This document shows, piece after piece, positions 9,438 to 18,483 of a stretch of DNA of 64,000 nucleotides. The notes beneath the pieces are model-generated. The model was not told the DNA's origin. It did not search any database and saw only the letters and a list, made by a program, of their open reading frames with translations. The position numbers and the translations under genes were made by a program. Source of the stretch: Verrucomicrobiota bacterium (GTDB taxonomy: Bacteria; Verrucomicrobiota; Lentisphaeria; JABSQK01; JAJFLO01); the NCBI GenBank assembly GCA_021772615.1, contig JAJFLQ010000160.1, forward strand, positions 207-64,206, given 5' to 3'. How positions within the stretch are numbered: the first letter of the stretch is position 1; the number at the start of each line of letters is the position of its first letter.

Positions 9438-10571
9438 TTATGAAACAAGACAACCTGATCGAACACAATCCTCGGTGCTGGCGTCAGCATGGCGCTCAAC
9501 CTTGCCGGTCAGCCCATGTATCCACTTTTTCATATCAACGTGCCGGAACAGCATCGTTTCCTGCAGATTCAATCGTGTTCCCGCCTGGGAACGTACAGCA
9601 GTGTCATACATTTGACAGGCGATTGCGATGTCCGCAAACGCCAGCCCAACAGCATTGAAATACACCCGCTCCGTCGGACTCTCCCGACCTGGCTTCTTGC
9701 CCATCACGATTTCAACCAGGTCTGCGTGAATATCACTGTCTGCCAATTTGTGCTCGCGGTACATGCGGCTAAGCGTCTGTGTTCTATGCTTCACTGTTTC
9801 CCAGTCATCACACACAATCTTCTCACACCGCCTGGCGACATCGAACTCATCCTCGTAACCCCCGACATGACTGTAGAACACGCCTTCTTTCATCCACGCT
9901 GCTTTCAAAAAAGGAGCTTGCGAACTCGTTGCTGTTACCAGTACGTCGGCCCCTTCCATCGCCCGCTGGTGGCACGTGTCCGCGGCGCAAAAAGTCATAT
10001 CGGCAAAAAGCGGCTGCATCTCGTCGATAAAGGCTTGTTCTTCGTCGGCCAGTCTTGCAGCCACCCTGCATTCGCAAATCGACGGTAGGACATGCTTCAG
10101 GGCGACGAGTTGCATTTTCGCCTGCTCACCGGCGCCGATGAACCCAATCGATCGCGAATCGGGTCGTGCCAGGTACTTCGCGGCCAATCCGCTCATTGCG
10201 CCTACACGCAGGTTCGAACATAGCGTGCCTTCCATAAAACACAGCGGAAATCCACGCTCAATTTCCGACAGAATAATGACCGCCGTCAAATTCTGCACGC
10301 CGAAGCGGTACGGGTTCGGCGGGAACACCGACACCCACTTCACTCCACATATTTTCTTATCCAGCAACGTTGCCGGGAGACAATTTATACGTTCCTGCGT
10401 GTCATCATTAAAGATTTGAACAATCTTGTCCGGAAATAGTATTCGCTTGTTGTGGAAATCTACGAGTGACCGTTCGACGGCATCGATAGCAGCGCCCATA
10501 TCGAAGCAGCCCGATGTCAAGAGATCTTCCTGTGACAGATAGAGTACGTCAAGTGCGTTGCGCATTGCCAT
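9438..10571 (-). CDS. Ornithine cyclodeaminase/mu-crystallin family NAD-dependent enzyme
   Basis: The ORF runs to 10628. The start at 10571 (MAMRNALDV...) is preceded by a GAGGAGG RBS on the coding strand. 'IGFIGAGEQAKMQLVAL' is the Rossmann motif of the OCD family. Confidence 0.75.
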   Translation of the reverse strand: MAMRNALDVLYLSQEDLLTSGCFDMGAAIDAVERSLVDFHNKRILFPDKIVQIFNDDTQERINCLPATLLDKKICGVKWVSVFPPNPYRFGVQNLTAVIILSEIERGFPLCFMEGTLCSNLRVGAMSGLAAKYLARPDSRSIGFIGAGEQAKMQLVALKHVLPSICECRVAARLADEEQAFIDEMQPLFADMTFCAADTCHQRAMEGADVLVTATSSQAPFLKAAWMKEGVFYSHVGGYEDEFDVARRCEKIVCDDWETVKHRTQTLSRMYREHKLADSDIHADLVEIVMGKKPGRESPTERVYFNAVGLAFADIAIACQMYDTAVRSQAGTRLNLQETMLFRHVDMKKWIHGLTGKVERHADASTEDCVRSGCLVS

Positions 10572-11187
10572 CTTCAATAACCTCCTCACTAAACACGATG
10601 CAGACGGCACGGAACGTTTACATGCCACGCCTCTCTCGCACCGCCTCGTTGTGTAGAATACACAGCCCTTATCTCAATGGCGGTACGTGGAGCATAGGCA
10701 CAGCCAATTCCACGACTGATCGCATAACGATCTGTTAATTAGCGCATTACGAGTTCTACACAACGCAACCGACAGGCGGGGTATCCGAATACGGATTATA
10801 GGAAGAACACGAAAACGGAAAGGATGAGGGGCGAGCGCAGCGTGTCAGAGCGGCAACGCTACCGGCACTGTGGCTATGCGTGGTAATCGCGTGTGGCACA
10901 ATCAATGCGAATTTCAGGCTAGGTGGGCCAACGCCCGACGGTATACGACAGACGACATCTGATCCCTGCCACAGCGCCACTTTACACCACAGGCAATTTG
11001 CGGTATAATAGCTGGCTGTATCGACTTGGGCAGGAAATTATGTTGCAAATTAACCCGGAGACCAGTGTAAAACCCTCAAGTCGTACTGGTCGTCTCGCCA
11101 TTCATTAATATAAACTTTCTCGCGCTGCAAACGTTACCGCATGACACCGAATGCATCAGCGCGTCACACTTCGGATAAGAATGCCTT

Positions 11188-11916
11188 ATGGAGTCATTAG
11201 CAGACACGGATTATCTGGCCGGACAACGAATGTTGATCCTCGCACCGCATGCGGATGATGAGGCGTTTGGCTGCGCGGGTACCATTGCAAAGATAAAGGA
11301 TGCAGGAGGCGAGGTCTACGTCATGGTCTTCAGCGTTGGCGATCTCGACCACTACAATGCGGAATACGGTCACGTAAGTGGGTCCACCCGTGTGCAGGAA
11401 TTCGAGAAGGTCGTCGAATTTCTGAGAATCGATGATTACGACATCATTTTCAACGATACCCAGACTCATATGCGGCTCGACAGCATTCCCCGCCGCGACC
11501 TCATCCACATTATCGAGAAGAAGAGCCGTCTGGCACTGGACCGGATCTCGCCGACCATCGTGGCGTTGCCTGCCATCTCATACAACCAGGACCATGTCGC
11601 AGTTTTCCATGCCGGCTTCACGGCATGTCGGGCCCATGATCCCGGAGTAAAGTCGTTTCCTGCAACTGTACTTGCTTACGACAATCCGACGTTGTCCTGG
11701 AACGTAGATCACGAAAAATTTCGCCCCAATTTTTACGTCGACATCTCCGACTACCTGCAGCACAAGATCAAGGCGCTCGCGCTACACAAATCCCAGCTGC
11801 GGCATTCTCCACATCACCTGAGCATTGAGAACATGGAATATCTCGCGCGTGTGCGCGGCCACGAAATTTCGGTTGTCGCCGCCGAGGGGTATATGTGCTA
11901 CCGATTTGTGCTTTGA
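11188..11916 (+). CDS. PIG-L/LmbE family N-acetylglucosaminyl deacetylase
   Basis: The 'ILAPHADDEAFGCAGT' signature of PIG-L deacetylases is present. 242 aa. Confidence 0.8.
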   Translation: MESLADTDYLAGQRMLILAPHADDEAFGCAGTIAKIKDAGGEVYVMVFSVGDLDHYNAEYGHVSGSTRVQEFEKVVEFLRIDDYDIIFNDTQTHMRLDSIPRRDLIHIIEKKSRLALDRISPTIVALPAISYNQDHVAVFHAGFTACRAHDPGVKSFPATVLAYDNPTLSWNVDHEKFRPNFYVDISDYLQHKIKALALHKSQLRHSPHHLSIENMEYLARVRGHEISVVAAEGYMCYRFVL

Positions 11917-11967
11917 CATTGGCCACCATTCCATAACTGTTCGGAATCCGGACAAGATCTGATCGCC

Positions 11968-12384
11968 ATGGTGTATTCCGCAACCATCCACGTTGAGACC
12001 AACGGCTTCTCCGACATACACGACCTCACACGCGAGGTGGTCAAGGCCGCTGCGCAATCCGGTATCATCTGCGGTGTCGCCGTAATTTTCGTACCTGGCT
12101 CGACCGCCGGCATCACCACCATCGAATTCGAAAGCGGAGCGGTGCACGATCTCAAGCAGGCGCTGGAACGGCTCGCGCCAATGGCAGACACCTACGAGCA
12201 CAATCGGCGATGGGGTGACGGAAACGGGTTCTCGCATGTCCGCGCTGCCTTGCTCGGTCCGTCACTTTCAGCGCCAATACAGAACGGACAGCTCGTCCTC
12301 GGCACCTGGCAACAGATCATCCTGGTAGATTTCGACAATCGCCCGCGCAATCGCGATGTGCTCGTCCAACTCGTTGGCGATTGA
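11968..12384 (+). CDS. YjbQ/UPF0047 family protein (secondary thiamine-phosphate synthase enzyme)
   Basis: 138 aa. 'ITTIEFESGAVHDLKQAL' and 'NGFSHVRAALLGPSLSAPIQNGQLVLGTWQQI' are characteristic YjbQ blocks. Confidence 0.85.
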   Translation: MVYSATIHVETNGFSDIHDLTREVVKAAAQSGIICGVAVIFVPGSTAGITTIEFESGAVHDLKQALERLAPMADTYEHNRRWGDGNGFSHVRAALLGPSLSAPIQNGQLVLGTWQQIILVDFDNRPRNRDVLVQLVGD

Positions 12385-12403
12385 CGGTATTCATTTTTTG
12401 ACG

Positions 12404-12458
12404 CTGATTGCTTTTGTTAGACCTCCACGTCTGGCGGAGGTCTAACAAAAGCAATCAG
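12404..12458. terminator. Perfect 23-bp inverted repeat hairpin (9-nt loop) between convergent genes; candidate bidirectional intrinsic terminator
   Basis: ctgattgcttttgttagacctcc (12404-12426), loop acgtctggc, then ggaggtctaacaaaagcaatcag (12436-12458). A T6 run immediately 5' (12394-12399) would give the U-tract for the minus-strand transcript. The hairpin overlaps the stop codon of the inositol monophosphatase gene. Confidence 0.6.
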
Positions 12459-13297
12459 GAACCGCGCAATAATGCAGCAAGTCGATCGTGCACACGCCCG
12501 TTACTGGCCAGTATCGACAACTGTGATTGCGATGTATCGAAGTCGTTACTTTCGATAGTGGTGACGCAACCGCCTGCTTCCCGGACGATTATCGCGCCTG
12601 CGGCGACGTCCCAGATATTGACGACGTCTTCCCAGTACGCGTCGTACCTGCCGGCAGCAACCCACGCACAGTCCAATGCCGCCGAGCCGAAACGCCGCGT
12701 ACCGCTGCATGCCATCGCTGTGTCGGCCAGGCGCGTGTTGAATTGCGACATGCCTGCGCAACCTTTGAAAGGAATCCCGGTTGCGAACAAACAGTCGGAG
12801 AGGCTCTCTCTGGCGGAAACACGGAGTGGTTGACCGTTCAGAAAACTGCCGCGCCCGCGTTGGGCAGCAAACATCTCCTCCCGGATCGGATCATACACCA
12901 CGCCGGCCATCAATTCATGGTCGCACGCAAGGGCGATGGAAACAGCGAAGTGCGGCACGCCGTGCAGAAAATTCGTGGTACCGTCCAGCGGATCGATAAT
13001 CCAGCAATTACTCGCAGTATGCGCACTACGACCGGACTCCTCGGCTAGAAACGCCCAGTCCGGATACGCCTCGGACAGGGTCGAAATGATCATTGCCTCG
13101 GCCCTGGTGTCCGCCTGTGACACAAAATCAGCGGGGCCTTTCTTGCGGATATCAAGTGCATCAATACGCCCGAAATCACTTACCAGCGCCGCTCCGGCTG
13201 CACGCGCCGCTGTTTCCATTCGCCGTAGTGCCAATGGCTCGGCCGCGTCGCCGCTGATATCATTCTTCTCGCTCATCTGGCTGGTCACAATAGTCAC
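12455..13297 (-). CDS. suhB: Inositol monophosphatase family protein (SuhB/ImpA-like)
   Basis: 'WIIDPLDGTTNFLHGVPHFAVSIAL' is the IMPase metal-binding motif. The 'AEESG' and 'WDVAAG' blocks are also present. Confidence 0.8.
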   Translation of the reverse strand: MTIVTSQMSEKNDISGDAAEPLALRRMETAARAAGAALVSDFGRIDALDIRKKGPADFVSQADTRAEAMIISTLSEAYPDWAFLAEESGRSAHTASNCWIIDPLDGTTNFLHGVPHFAVSIALACDHELMAGVVYDPIREEMFAAQRGRGSFLNGQPLRVSARESLSDCLFATGIPFKGCAGMSQFNTRLADTAMACSGTRRFGSAALDCAWVAAGRYDAYWEDVVNIWDVAAGAIIVREAGGCVTTIESNDFDTSQSQLSILASNGRVHDRLAALLRGS

Positions 13298-13319
13298 ACA
13301 AATTCTCGTATCGACGCGG

Positions 13320-13895
13320 TCACCGCTCGATTGGCGCCAATTTTAAAAAAAGTTCCGGTTCAGATCCAAGTTCGTAATGGGTAAAATGCAGCATGCCGTT
13401 TGCCCAGTGCAACTGGACGTTCACAATAGAGCAGTCGCCGGGATCATACATGTCCTCATGCCAGAGCGCACTGCCTCGAAATCTACCGTCCGAATCGAGG
13501 TCGCCTTGCAGACGAAACTCTTCTCCTCCGTTACGTATCACCCCATCAGCAATGGTATATCGTGCGCCGCCGTCTGTAACCGTGCCGCCATCGACTGCGT
13601 AAACACCATCGAACGTGCTGGTGGCCGTGGACTCGTAATACGATGACAGCAGTGGAAAGCCGAGAAGTGCTCCCTCGCCAAGCTCTGCGTCGTCATACGG
13701 GACAGGAATCGTCGTAGTATACATGAAGTAGAAGTATGAACCGACGATGACTGCGAGAAATCCCACAAGAATGACGTAGACTCGACGACTGCTTCGGTCG
13801 TACCTGTGAACTGTAGACTGCCATTCCTTATGGTGATTATCAACCGCTTGCTGCAAGTCGTCCAACTTGCGGTGAATATCGTCATCGAGAGTCAT
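13320..13895 (-). CDS. Hypothetical single-pass membrane protein
   Basis: The ORF runs to 14033. The likely start is MTLDDD (13895). It has a short coiled/acidic N-terminus, one TM helix (VYVILVGFLAVIVGSYFYFMY) and a Gly/Asp-rich extracytoplasmic domain. No family was recognised. Confidence 0.3.
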   Translation of the reverse strand: MTLDDDIHRKLDDLQQAVDNHHKEWQSTVHRYDRSSRRVYVILVGFLAVIVGSYFYFMYTTTIPVPYDDAELGEGALLGFPLLSSYYESTATSTFDGVYAVDGGTVTDGGARYTIADGVIRNGGEEFRLQGDLDSDGRFRGSALWHEDMYDPGDCSIVNVQLHWANGMLHFTHYELGSEPELFLKLAPIER

Positions 13896-14391
13896 TCGGC
13901 GGAATTCGGAAACATTTTGAAGTCGAAAGCGATTAAAAAACTGGTCAGCACTGTATAATGGCCAACATAGACCATATGCAGATCGATTCCACAGAAAATG
14001 TTCACAAGCGATACAGATTTCGTAAAATCGCATTCGCGCGGGACTGAGATGTATTTACCGCGGCCAAGCCTACAGGGCGAGCCGACCTGGATGCCAGCTG
14101 ACAATATTATTGAGTTAAGGCTCGCCGTTGAAGTTCACGCTTCAGTCGGGGGTTTCACGCCCCGCAAAGCAATACGCGCAACATAACGCAGGCGCGTCCC
14201 GCGACTGCGGTGGCGCGAACATCGGATCGCCTCAATCAACAGCAATGATTGTTCCCGTGCCACACCGATCTGGAATCGCCGGCATAAGCCAATGGCACAA
14301 CTTATGCGCGAACAAACCACGCCGCAACGCAAATTTTAATGACAGGCCGTGTTGCTTGTTGAGGCCCCGGAAAACGAAAGGTTATGCGCAC

Positions 14392-15462
14392 ATGCAGCAA
14401 ACACAAAAAGTACTGATCGTTGATGACAACGAGCATAATGTGGCGATCTTGGAACTAATTTTGGAAGAATACATTCTGGAGACGGCAGCGAATGGAAATG
14501 ACGCATTGGCAGTCGCACATCGATTTCGTCCGGATCTGATTCTTCTCGACGTGATGATGCCCGGTATGAGCGGGTATGAGGTGTGCCGCACATTACGCGA
14601 TGACAAAACATTCACGAATACAAAAATAATTATGGTCTCGGCTAAGGCGATGACGGCGGAGCGCGTCAAAGGCTACGAAATGGGTGCGGACGACTACATC
14701 ACCAAACCATTCGATGAAGACGAACTTCTGGCCAAGGTTCGCGTCTATCTTCGGCTCAAGTCGCTGGAAGAAGTTGCAAAGATGAAAAATGACCTTTTGT
14801 CGTTGCTGTCACACGAGTTGAACACGCCACTCAATCAAATTCTCCCGGCCCTCGAACTATTACAGGACGATGACGACATGAATGTCGCCGAACGTCGGCA
14901 ATGGCTAGACATCATCCGGTCTGGCGTGACCGGTCTCGAGGCACTGTTTGACCGCATCATGACACTGAATCAGTTGAAGTCCGGGACGTCGACATTCGAA
15001 TGTGATGTCGTCGATATATGTGAAATCATGCGCGGCGAAATACATGCTCTGACGATGGAGGCCGATAAGCGAGACATACACCTGATCGACCGCCTGCCGG
15101 GTGCAACGCATTGCAGTGTCGATATACAATATATCAATCGCGTGTTCGCCGCCGTATTGGATAACGCCATACGATACAGCCCGGAGGGAAGCGATGTCCT
15201 GGTCGAACTTGAACCGAATGGCAGCACGGTCACGCTGCTGATCGCGGACGACGGCCCCGGAATCGATCCCGAGCTGATTCCCGCAATCTCCGACGGTTTC
15301 GCCGTCACAGATGTCAGCCATCACTCATCCGGGCATGGATTGAGTCTTGCGATCGCCAACGAAATCATGATAGCACACAACGGTCATATGGAATGGCAAC
15401 TACCGCCAGACGGCGGCACAACCGTGGCAATTTCAATCCCCGCATCGGTCGGAACAGATTGA
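14392..15462 (+). CDS. Hybrid response-regulator receiver / histidine kinase (REC-HisKA-HATPase_c) with no sensor or TM domain
   Basis: The start at MQQTQKVLIVDD (14392) follows an RBS-like GAAAGG. The REC domain shows DD...D...K positions. The H-box is 'LSHELNTPLN', and there are HATPase_c blocks with a C-terminal G1/G2-like 'DDGPGI...GHGLSLAI'. Confidence 0.75.
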   Translation: MQQTQKVLIVDDNEHNVAILELILEEYILETAANGNDALAVAHRFRPDLILLDVMMPGMSGYEVCRTLRDDKTFTNTKIIMVSAKAMTAERVKGYEMGADDYITKPFDEDELLAKVRVYLRLKSLEEVAKMKNDLLSLLSHELNTPLNQILPALELLQDDDDMNVAERRQWLDIIRSGVTGLEALFDRIMTLNQLKSGTSTFECDVVDICEIMRGEIHALTMEADKRDIHLIDRLPGATHCSVDIQYINRVFAAVLDNAIRYSPEGSDVLVELEPNGSTVTLLIADDGPGIDPELIPAISDGFAVTDVSHHSSGHGLSLAIANEIMIAHNGHMEWQLPPDGGTTVAISIPASVGTD

Positions 15463-15562
15463 CAATGTCCAAAATTAATCAACATGCGTATTTGAAATAT
15501 ACCGACTGCTGATTACAATAACCGTCTGCGTTTTCGATTGCTTGAAAGCTTAGACCTCACGT

Positions 15563-15637
15563 TCCGGCATAGCTCAGCGGTAGAGTAGGTGGCTGTTAAC
15601 CACTTGGTCGTTGGTTCGAATCCAACTGCCGGAGCCA
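15563..15637 (+). tRNA. tRNA-Asn (anticodon GTT)
   Basis: It folds as a cloverleaf. The acceptor stem is TCCGGCA/TGCCGGA, the anticodon loop is cTGTTaa, the T-loop is GGTTCGAATCC, and CCA is encoded. It is followed by a T-rich tract (ttttttattttta). Confidence 0.85.
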
Positions 15638-15867
15638 TTTTTTATTTTTACATGCAACCTGTTTATAATAAGCACGTTACGCATGGTTATGGTTCCTGCC
15701 AATTTCAACAGTTGCGCACCATCTTATGCCTGCGCTACATTTCCGCCCTCCGAATCTCCGCTTCTTACTTTGAAATCGTCGACATTCGATACAATATTAA
15801 ATTAGTACTTGATATTGTTTGAATAGATATTGGACCGAAGCAACAAACGTTTCCTTTCTAGATCGAT

Positions 15868-16110
15868 ATGCCGACAATCCGAAATATTACCGGTCCGTAT
15901 CGATTCTACTTCTATAGTTTCGATTGAAGTGAGCCTATGCACGTTCATGTCCAGAGAGAAAGAATGGTATGCAAGTTTTGGCTGGACCCGCTAACTCTGG
16001 GGAAGAATTACGGCTTTTCTGCTAAAGAACTTAACCAAATTCGTAGATTGATTACTGATCGCATTATCGAAATACAGGATGCATGGCATGAACATTGTAA
16101 CCAGTATTGA
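15868..16110 (+). pseudogene. DUF4160 family gene interrupted by an in-frame TGA at codon 20 (15925-15927)
   Basis: The translation reads MPTIRNITGPYRFYFYSFD*SEPMHVHVQRERMVCKFWLDPLTLGKNYGFSAKELNQIRRLITDRIIEIQDAWHEHCNQY. This matches the DUF4160 pattern (...PYRFFFYSxDxDEPPHVHVERD...AKFWLDP...) in one continuous frame. The TGA sits where relatives have Arg or Gly. Confidence 0.55.
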
Positions 16111-16366
16111 ACCTCGCATCAAGAATATAAACCTGACCGAAGATGTAATTACCGCTGAGCTTGCGGACGGTCGAACGGTAAGCGTCCCATTAGCGTGGTC
16201 ATGGCGTTTATCAGATGCGACGCCGGAACAGCGAGCGAATTACGAAATGATCGGTGACGGGCATGGCGTTCATTGGCCGGACATCGACGAAGATATTAGT
16301 GCGAGTGGAATGTTGAACGGTGCACCAGCGCGACCGCCTAAGCGGGAATCGCTATTCGCCCAATAA
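16088..16366 (+). CDS. DUF2442 family protein (partner of DUF4160)
   Basis: 'DGRTVSVPLAWSWRLSDATPEQRANYEMIGDGHGVHWPDIDEDIS' matches the DUF2442 consensus. It overlaps the 3' end of the DUF4160 gene. The ORF tool starts at 16079; MNIV at 16088 fits the family's usual MN start. Confidence 0.65.
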   Translation: MNIVTSIEPRIKNINLTEDVITAELADGRTVSVPLAWSWRLSDATPEQRANYEMIGDGHGVHWPDIDEDISASGMLNGAPARPPKRESLFAQ

Positions 16367-16633
16367 TTTCATACAACTATTTTTTTCGGTACCTCCATGA
16401 CAAACTCAAGTTTGTTATCAAGAATACCTCTCGGTTCGGCAGTAATGGTACGGAAAGCGATGATCCGAGATCTATGAATAATAGTAGAATAAATGCTGAA
16501 ATCGATGAGGGCTGGCGACGCGCCTGAAGTCGAGCGCAAAGATTTCCGGGTAGTGTCGCTTTATGTGGGCGAGCAAGTCGATGAAAAGACCCTAATTCTA
16601 CTCTTGCTGAATGCAATCGAACAAGGGTAGAAA

Positions 16634-17011
16634 ATGAAAACATGCTCACCTATTTTTCCCATGGTCAAAACTCCGATTAATTCTATCCTCAGCACCGAAT
16701 GCAAAGATGGAATTGTAAAATACTTTCATCAAAACAAACTTGCCTTTTCGCACCCATACGATGACCATACCAAATTTCGCTATATAACCTCTGGCTATGT
16801 TCTGCTCAAATTATGCAAAAAGGTTGAAATAGCAAGATGTTTTGAAGTCACCCAGGATAGTGTCAAATATTATGCCAATAAACTCCGGCGAGAAGGAGAA
16901 TGTGTTTTTTTTGAGGGAAGATCCAGAAAACTCACAAAAAAAGTAGAAGAATTTGCGCGACATGAGTTTCGCAGAATTTTTCCGGAAAATAATAAATGTT
17001 ATTCAAACTGA
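16634..17011 (+). CDS. Possible transposase N-terminal winged-HTH fragment (IS630/IS481-like), truncated
   Basis: 'VEIARCFEVTQDSVKYYANKLRREGECVFFEGRSRKLTKKVEEF' resembles the HTH_Tnp (grprkLt) motif. The ORF is only 125 aa and AT-rich. No DDE domain follows. Confidence 0.3.
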   Translation: MKTCSPIFPMVKTPINSILSTECKDGIVKYFHQNKLAFSHPYDDHTKFRYITSGYVLLKLCKKVEIARCFEVTQDSVKYYANKLRREGECVFFEGRSRKLTKKVEEFARHEFRRIFPENNKCYSN

Positions 17012-17385
17012 CCACTCAATAACTTGATTGGATATGATGACGATCCTGAGATATGTTTAACGATTAAGAAGTTTGTGTCCATATTGTGACCATTTGAGGC
17101 TCGCCATGCCGGGAATGGTGGTAAATAAAGGGAGATGCAACTCGTCCGATCTGTGCTTGTGGAAGTGTAACTTTTTGGAGAATATAGGGTTATGAAAATT
17201 GCAGTAACGAAACTCATAACCTGAAGGTCGGAGGTCAAAATTCTGCGGGGGAGTAGAGTTATCGTATATGATGCGCTTGTGGTAAAATATCCCTGAATCG
17301 CCCAAGCTGCTCGTCTTCGTTCCTTACCGAACACAATGGACGCAATCTCCTTTCAGTAAAGAGTTTTCTACATTCACACGAATCA

Positions 17386-17739
17386 TTAGTTTGGACAAAT
17401 TCGAGAATTTGCGGGGAGAGCTTGAGAATGCTCAGCATCCGATAGAGGTGGATTCGGGAGAAGCCAAGCTGTTACAGCGATCTGTGATTTTGTCAAATGG
17501 GGATTCTGATTAACTACTTCGGCGTAAGCGTTTGCTTCATCTACAATATTAACTTTCCCGCTAGAATACTGTGATTTTCGCTCTGCTCGAATGCGGTCTC
17601 TTAATTGCCGTTTTGTGACAACTCGATTGCTGTAAAATCCGGACGGTGGCGAGTCAAAAAGGATAGTTTGAAACTTATCGTCGAGCTGTATGACTGAACT
17701 CACCGAATTAGCCTCAGAGGTCGAAAATCGCAATCGCAA
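17386..17739 (-). CDS. Hypothetical protein (possibly the C-terminal piece of a disrupted gene together with 17761-18483)
   Basis: 117-aa ORF lying 22 bp downstream of, and on the same strand as, the 240-aa ORF. No recognisable motif. Confidence 0.2.
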   Translation of the reverse strand: MRLRFSTSEANSVSSVIQLDDKFQTILFDSPPSGFYSNRVVTKRQLRDRIRAERKSQYSSGKVNIVDEANAYAEVVNQNPHLTKSQIAVTAWLLPNPPLSDAEHSQALPANSRICPN

Positions 17740-17760
17740 ACGGAACTCCCGATCTTTCGT

Positions 17761-18483
17761 CTATTCCAACGGTTCGTTTCTGTACCCCAATGCACGGCTG
17801 ATTGCGTAGAACAACTGCTTGTCGCTTTGACCGACGAGAAAGCGTACCTTGGTTCCGAATCGGTCTTCAATTTTTCGTTCCCGCCCCCGCAGGAAGCCTT
17901 CGATACGGTTCGACTGTTCAGGCTGCCGGTCAAGTCGGGGCAAGAGATGAACGTCGACTCGATCAGCATGGGCAATGACAATGCCCGCGGCATGAGTCAA
18001 GGCTCGGAGCACCACGTGATCATCACGGTAGTTGTCGTAGGCCGGACGAAAATCCGTTAAGGCTTGGCAGAAAATATTCCGGCACGTGATGCGTATGGCA
18101 TCAACCAACACCTTGCGGTCCATGTTAGGGCGCACATATTTTTCTTCAATTAGCATCAGCAGTCGAGATTCCTTGCGGGCCACCAGAGCTAATTCTGCAT
18201 TCACCTCGTTGAGCTGTTGGCGTAAATCCCGACGTCGGGATTTTTCTTCGACTTGCTTCTCGGCTTCGCGTGTTCGGCTGTCATTGGTATTGAATCGTTT
18301 TTTTAGTTTCGCCACGCCACGCTTCAGCTCGTCCATGGCTTTGTCGCAGATGCTGTTCGGATCGACATCGCTCAGTTGCTGTCGCAGTTGAGCCGCTTGC
18401 TGTTGCAGGTCTCGACGTTGGCTTTCCACTTTCGCCAGGGATACAGCCGGCAGGGAATCAAGGGTAAACAGGCACTGTTTCAA
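17761..18483 (-). CDS. Hypothetical protein with an N-terminal coiled-coil
   Basis: 240 aa. The N-terminal 120 aa are heptad-rich (LQQQAAQLRQQL...). The C-terminal half is unassigned. It may be part of a degraded mobile-element gene. Confidence 0.3.
   Translation of the reverse strand: MKQCLFTLDSLPAVSLAKVESQRRDLQQQAAQLRQQLSDVDPNSICDKAMDELKRGVAKLKKRFNTNDSRTREAEKQVEEKSRRRDLRQQLNEVNAELALVARKESRLLMLIEEKYVRPNMDRKVLVDAIRITCRNIFCQALTDFRPAYDNYRDDHVVLRALTHAAGIVIAHADRVDVHLLPRLDRQPEQSNRIEGFLRGRERKIEDRFGTKVRFLVGQSDKQLFYAISRALGYRNEPLE

Larger units (their letters stand above)
15638..17400. mobile_element. Low-GC island immediately 3' of tRNA-Asn (putative remnant of an integrated element)
   Basis: The region is clearly more AT-rich than the ~58% GC flanks. 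It contains a DUF4160/DUF2442 pair and an ORF with an IS630/IS481-like transposase HTH. No flanking direct repeat of the tRNA 3' end could be found by eye. The boundaries are approximate. Confidence 0.4.

Noticed and set aside
15925-15927. Possible genome-wide TGA recoding (code 4/25) suggested by the in-frame TGA in the DUF4160 gene
   Set aside because: Many well-supported genes in the window terminate with TGA at the expected conserved C-termini, for example the zinc-ribbon protein (...YER-TGA) and the yceD-plsX TTATGAAT overlap. The standard code therefore applies, and the TGA is local to this gene.
16377-17334. Small minus-strand ORFs (90, 111 and 82 aa) in the AT-rich island
   Set aside because: They are low-complexity translations of AT-rich DNA that overlap one another, with no motifs. 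They are likely non-coding.
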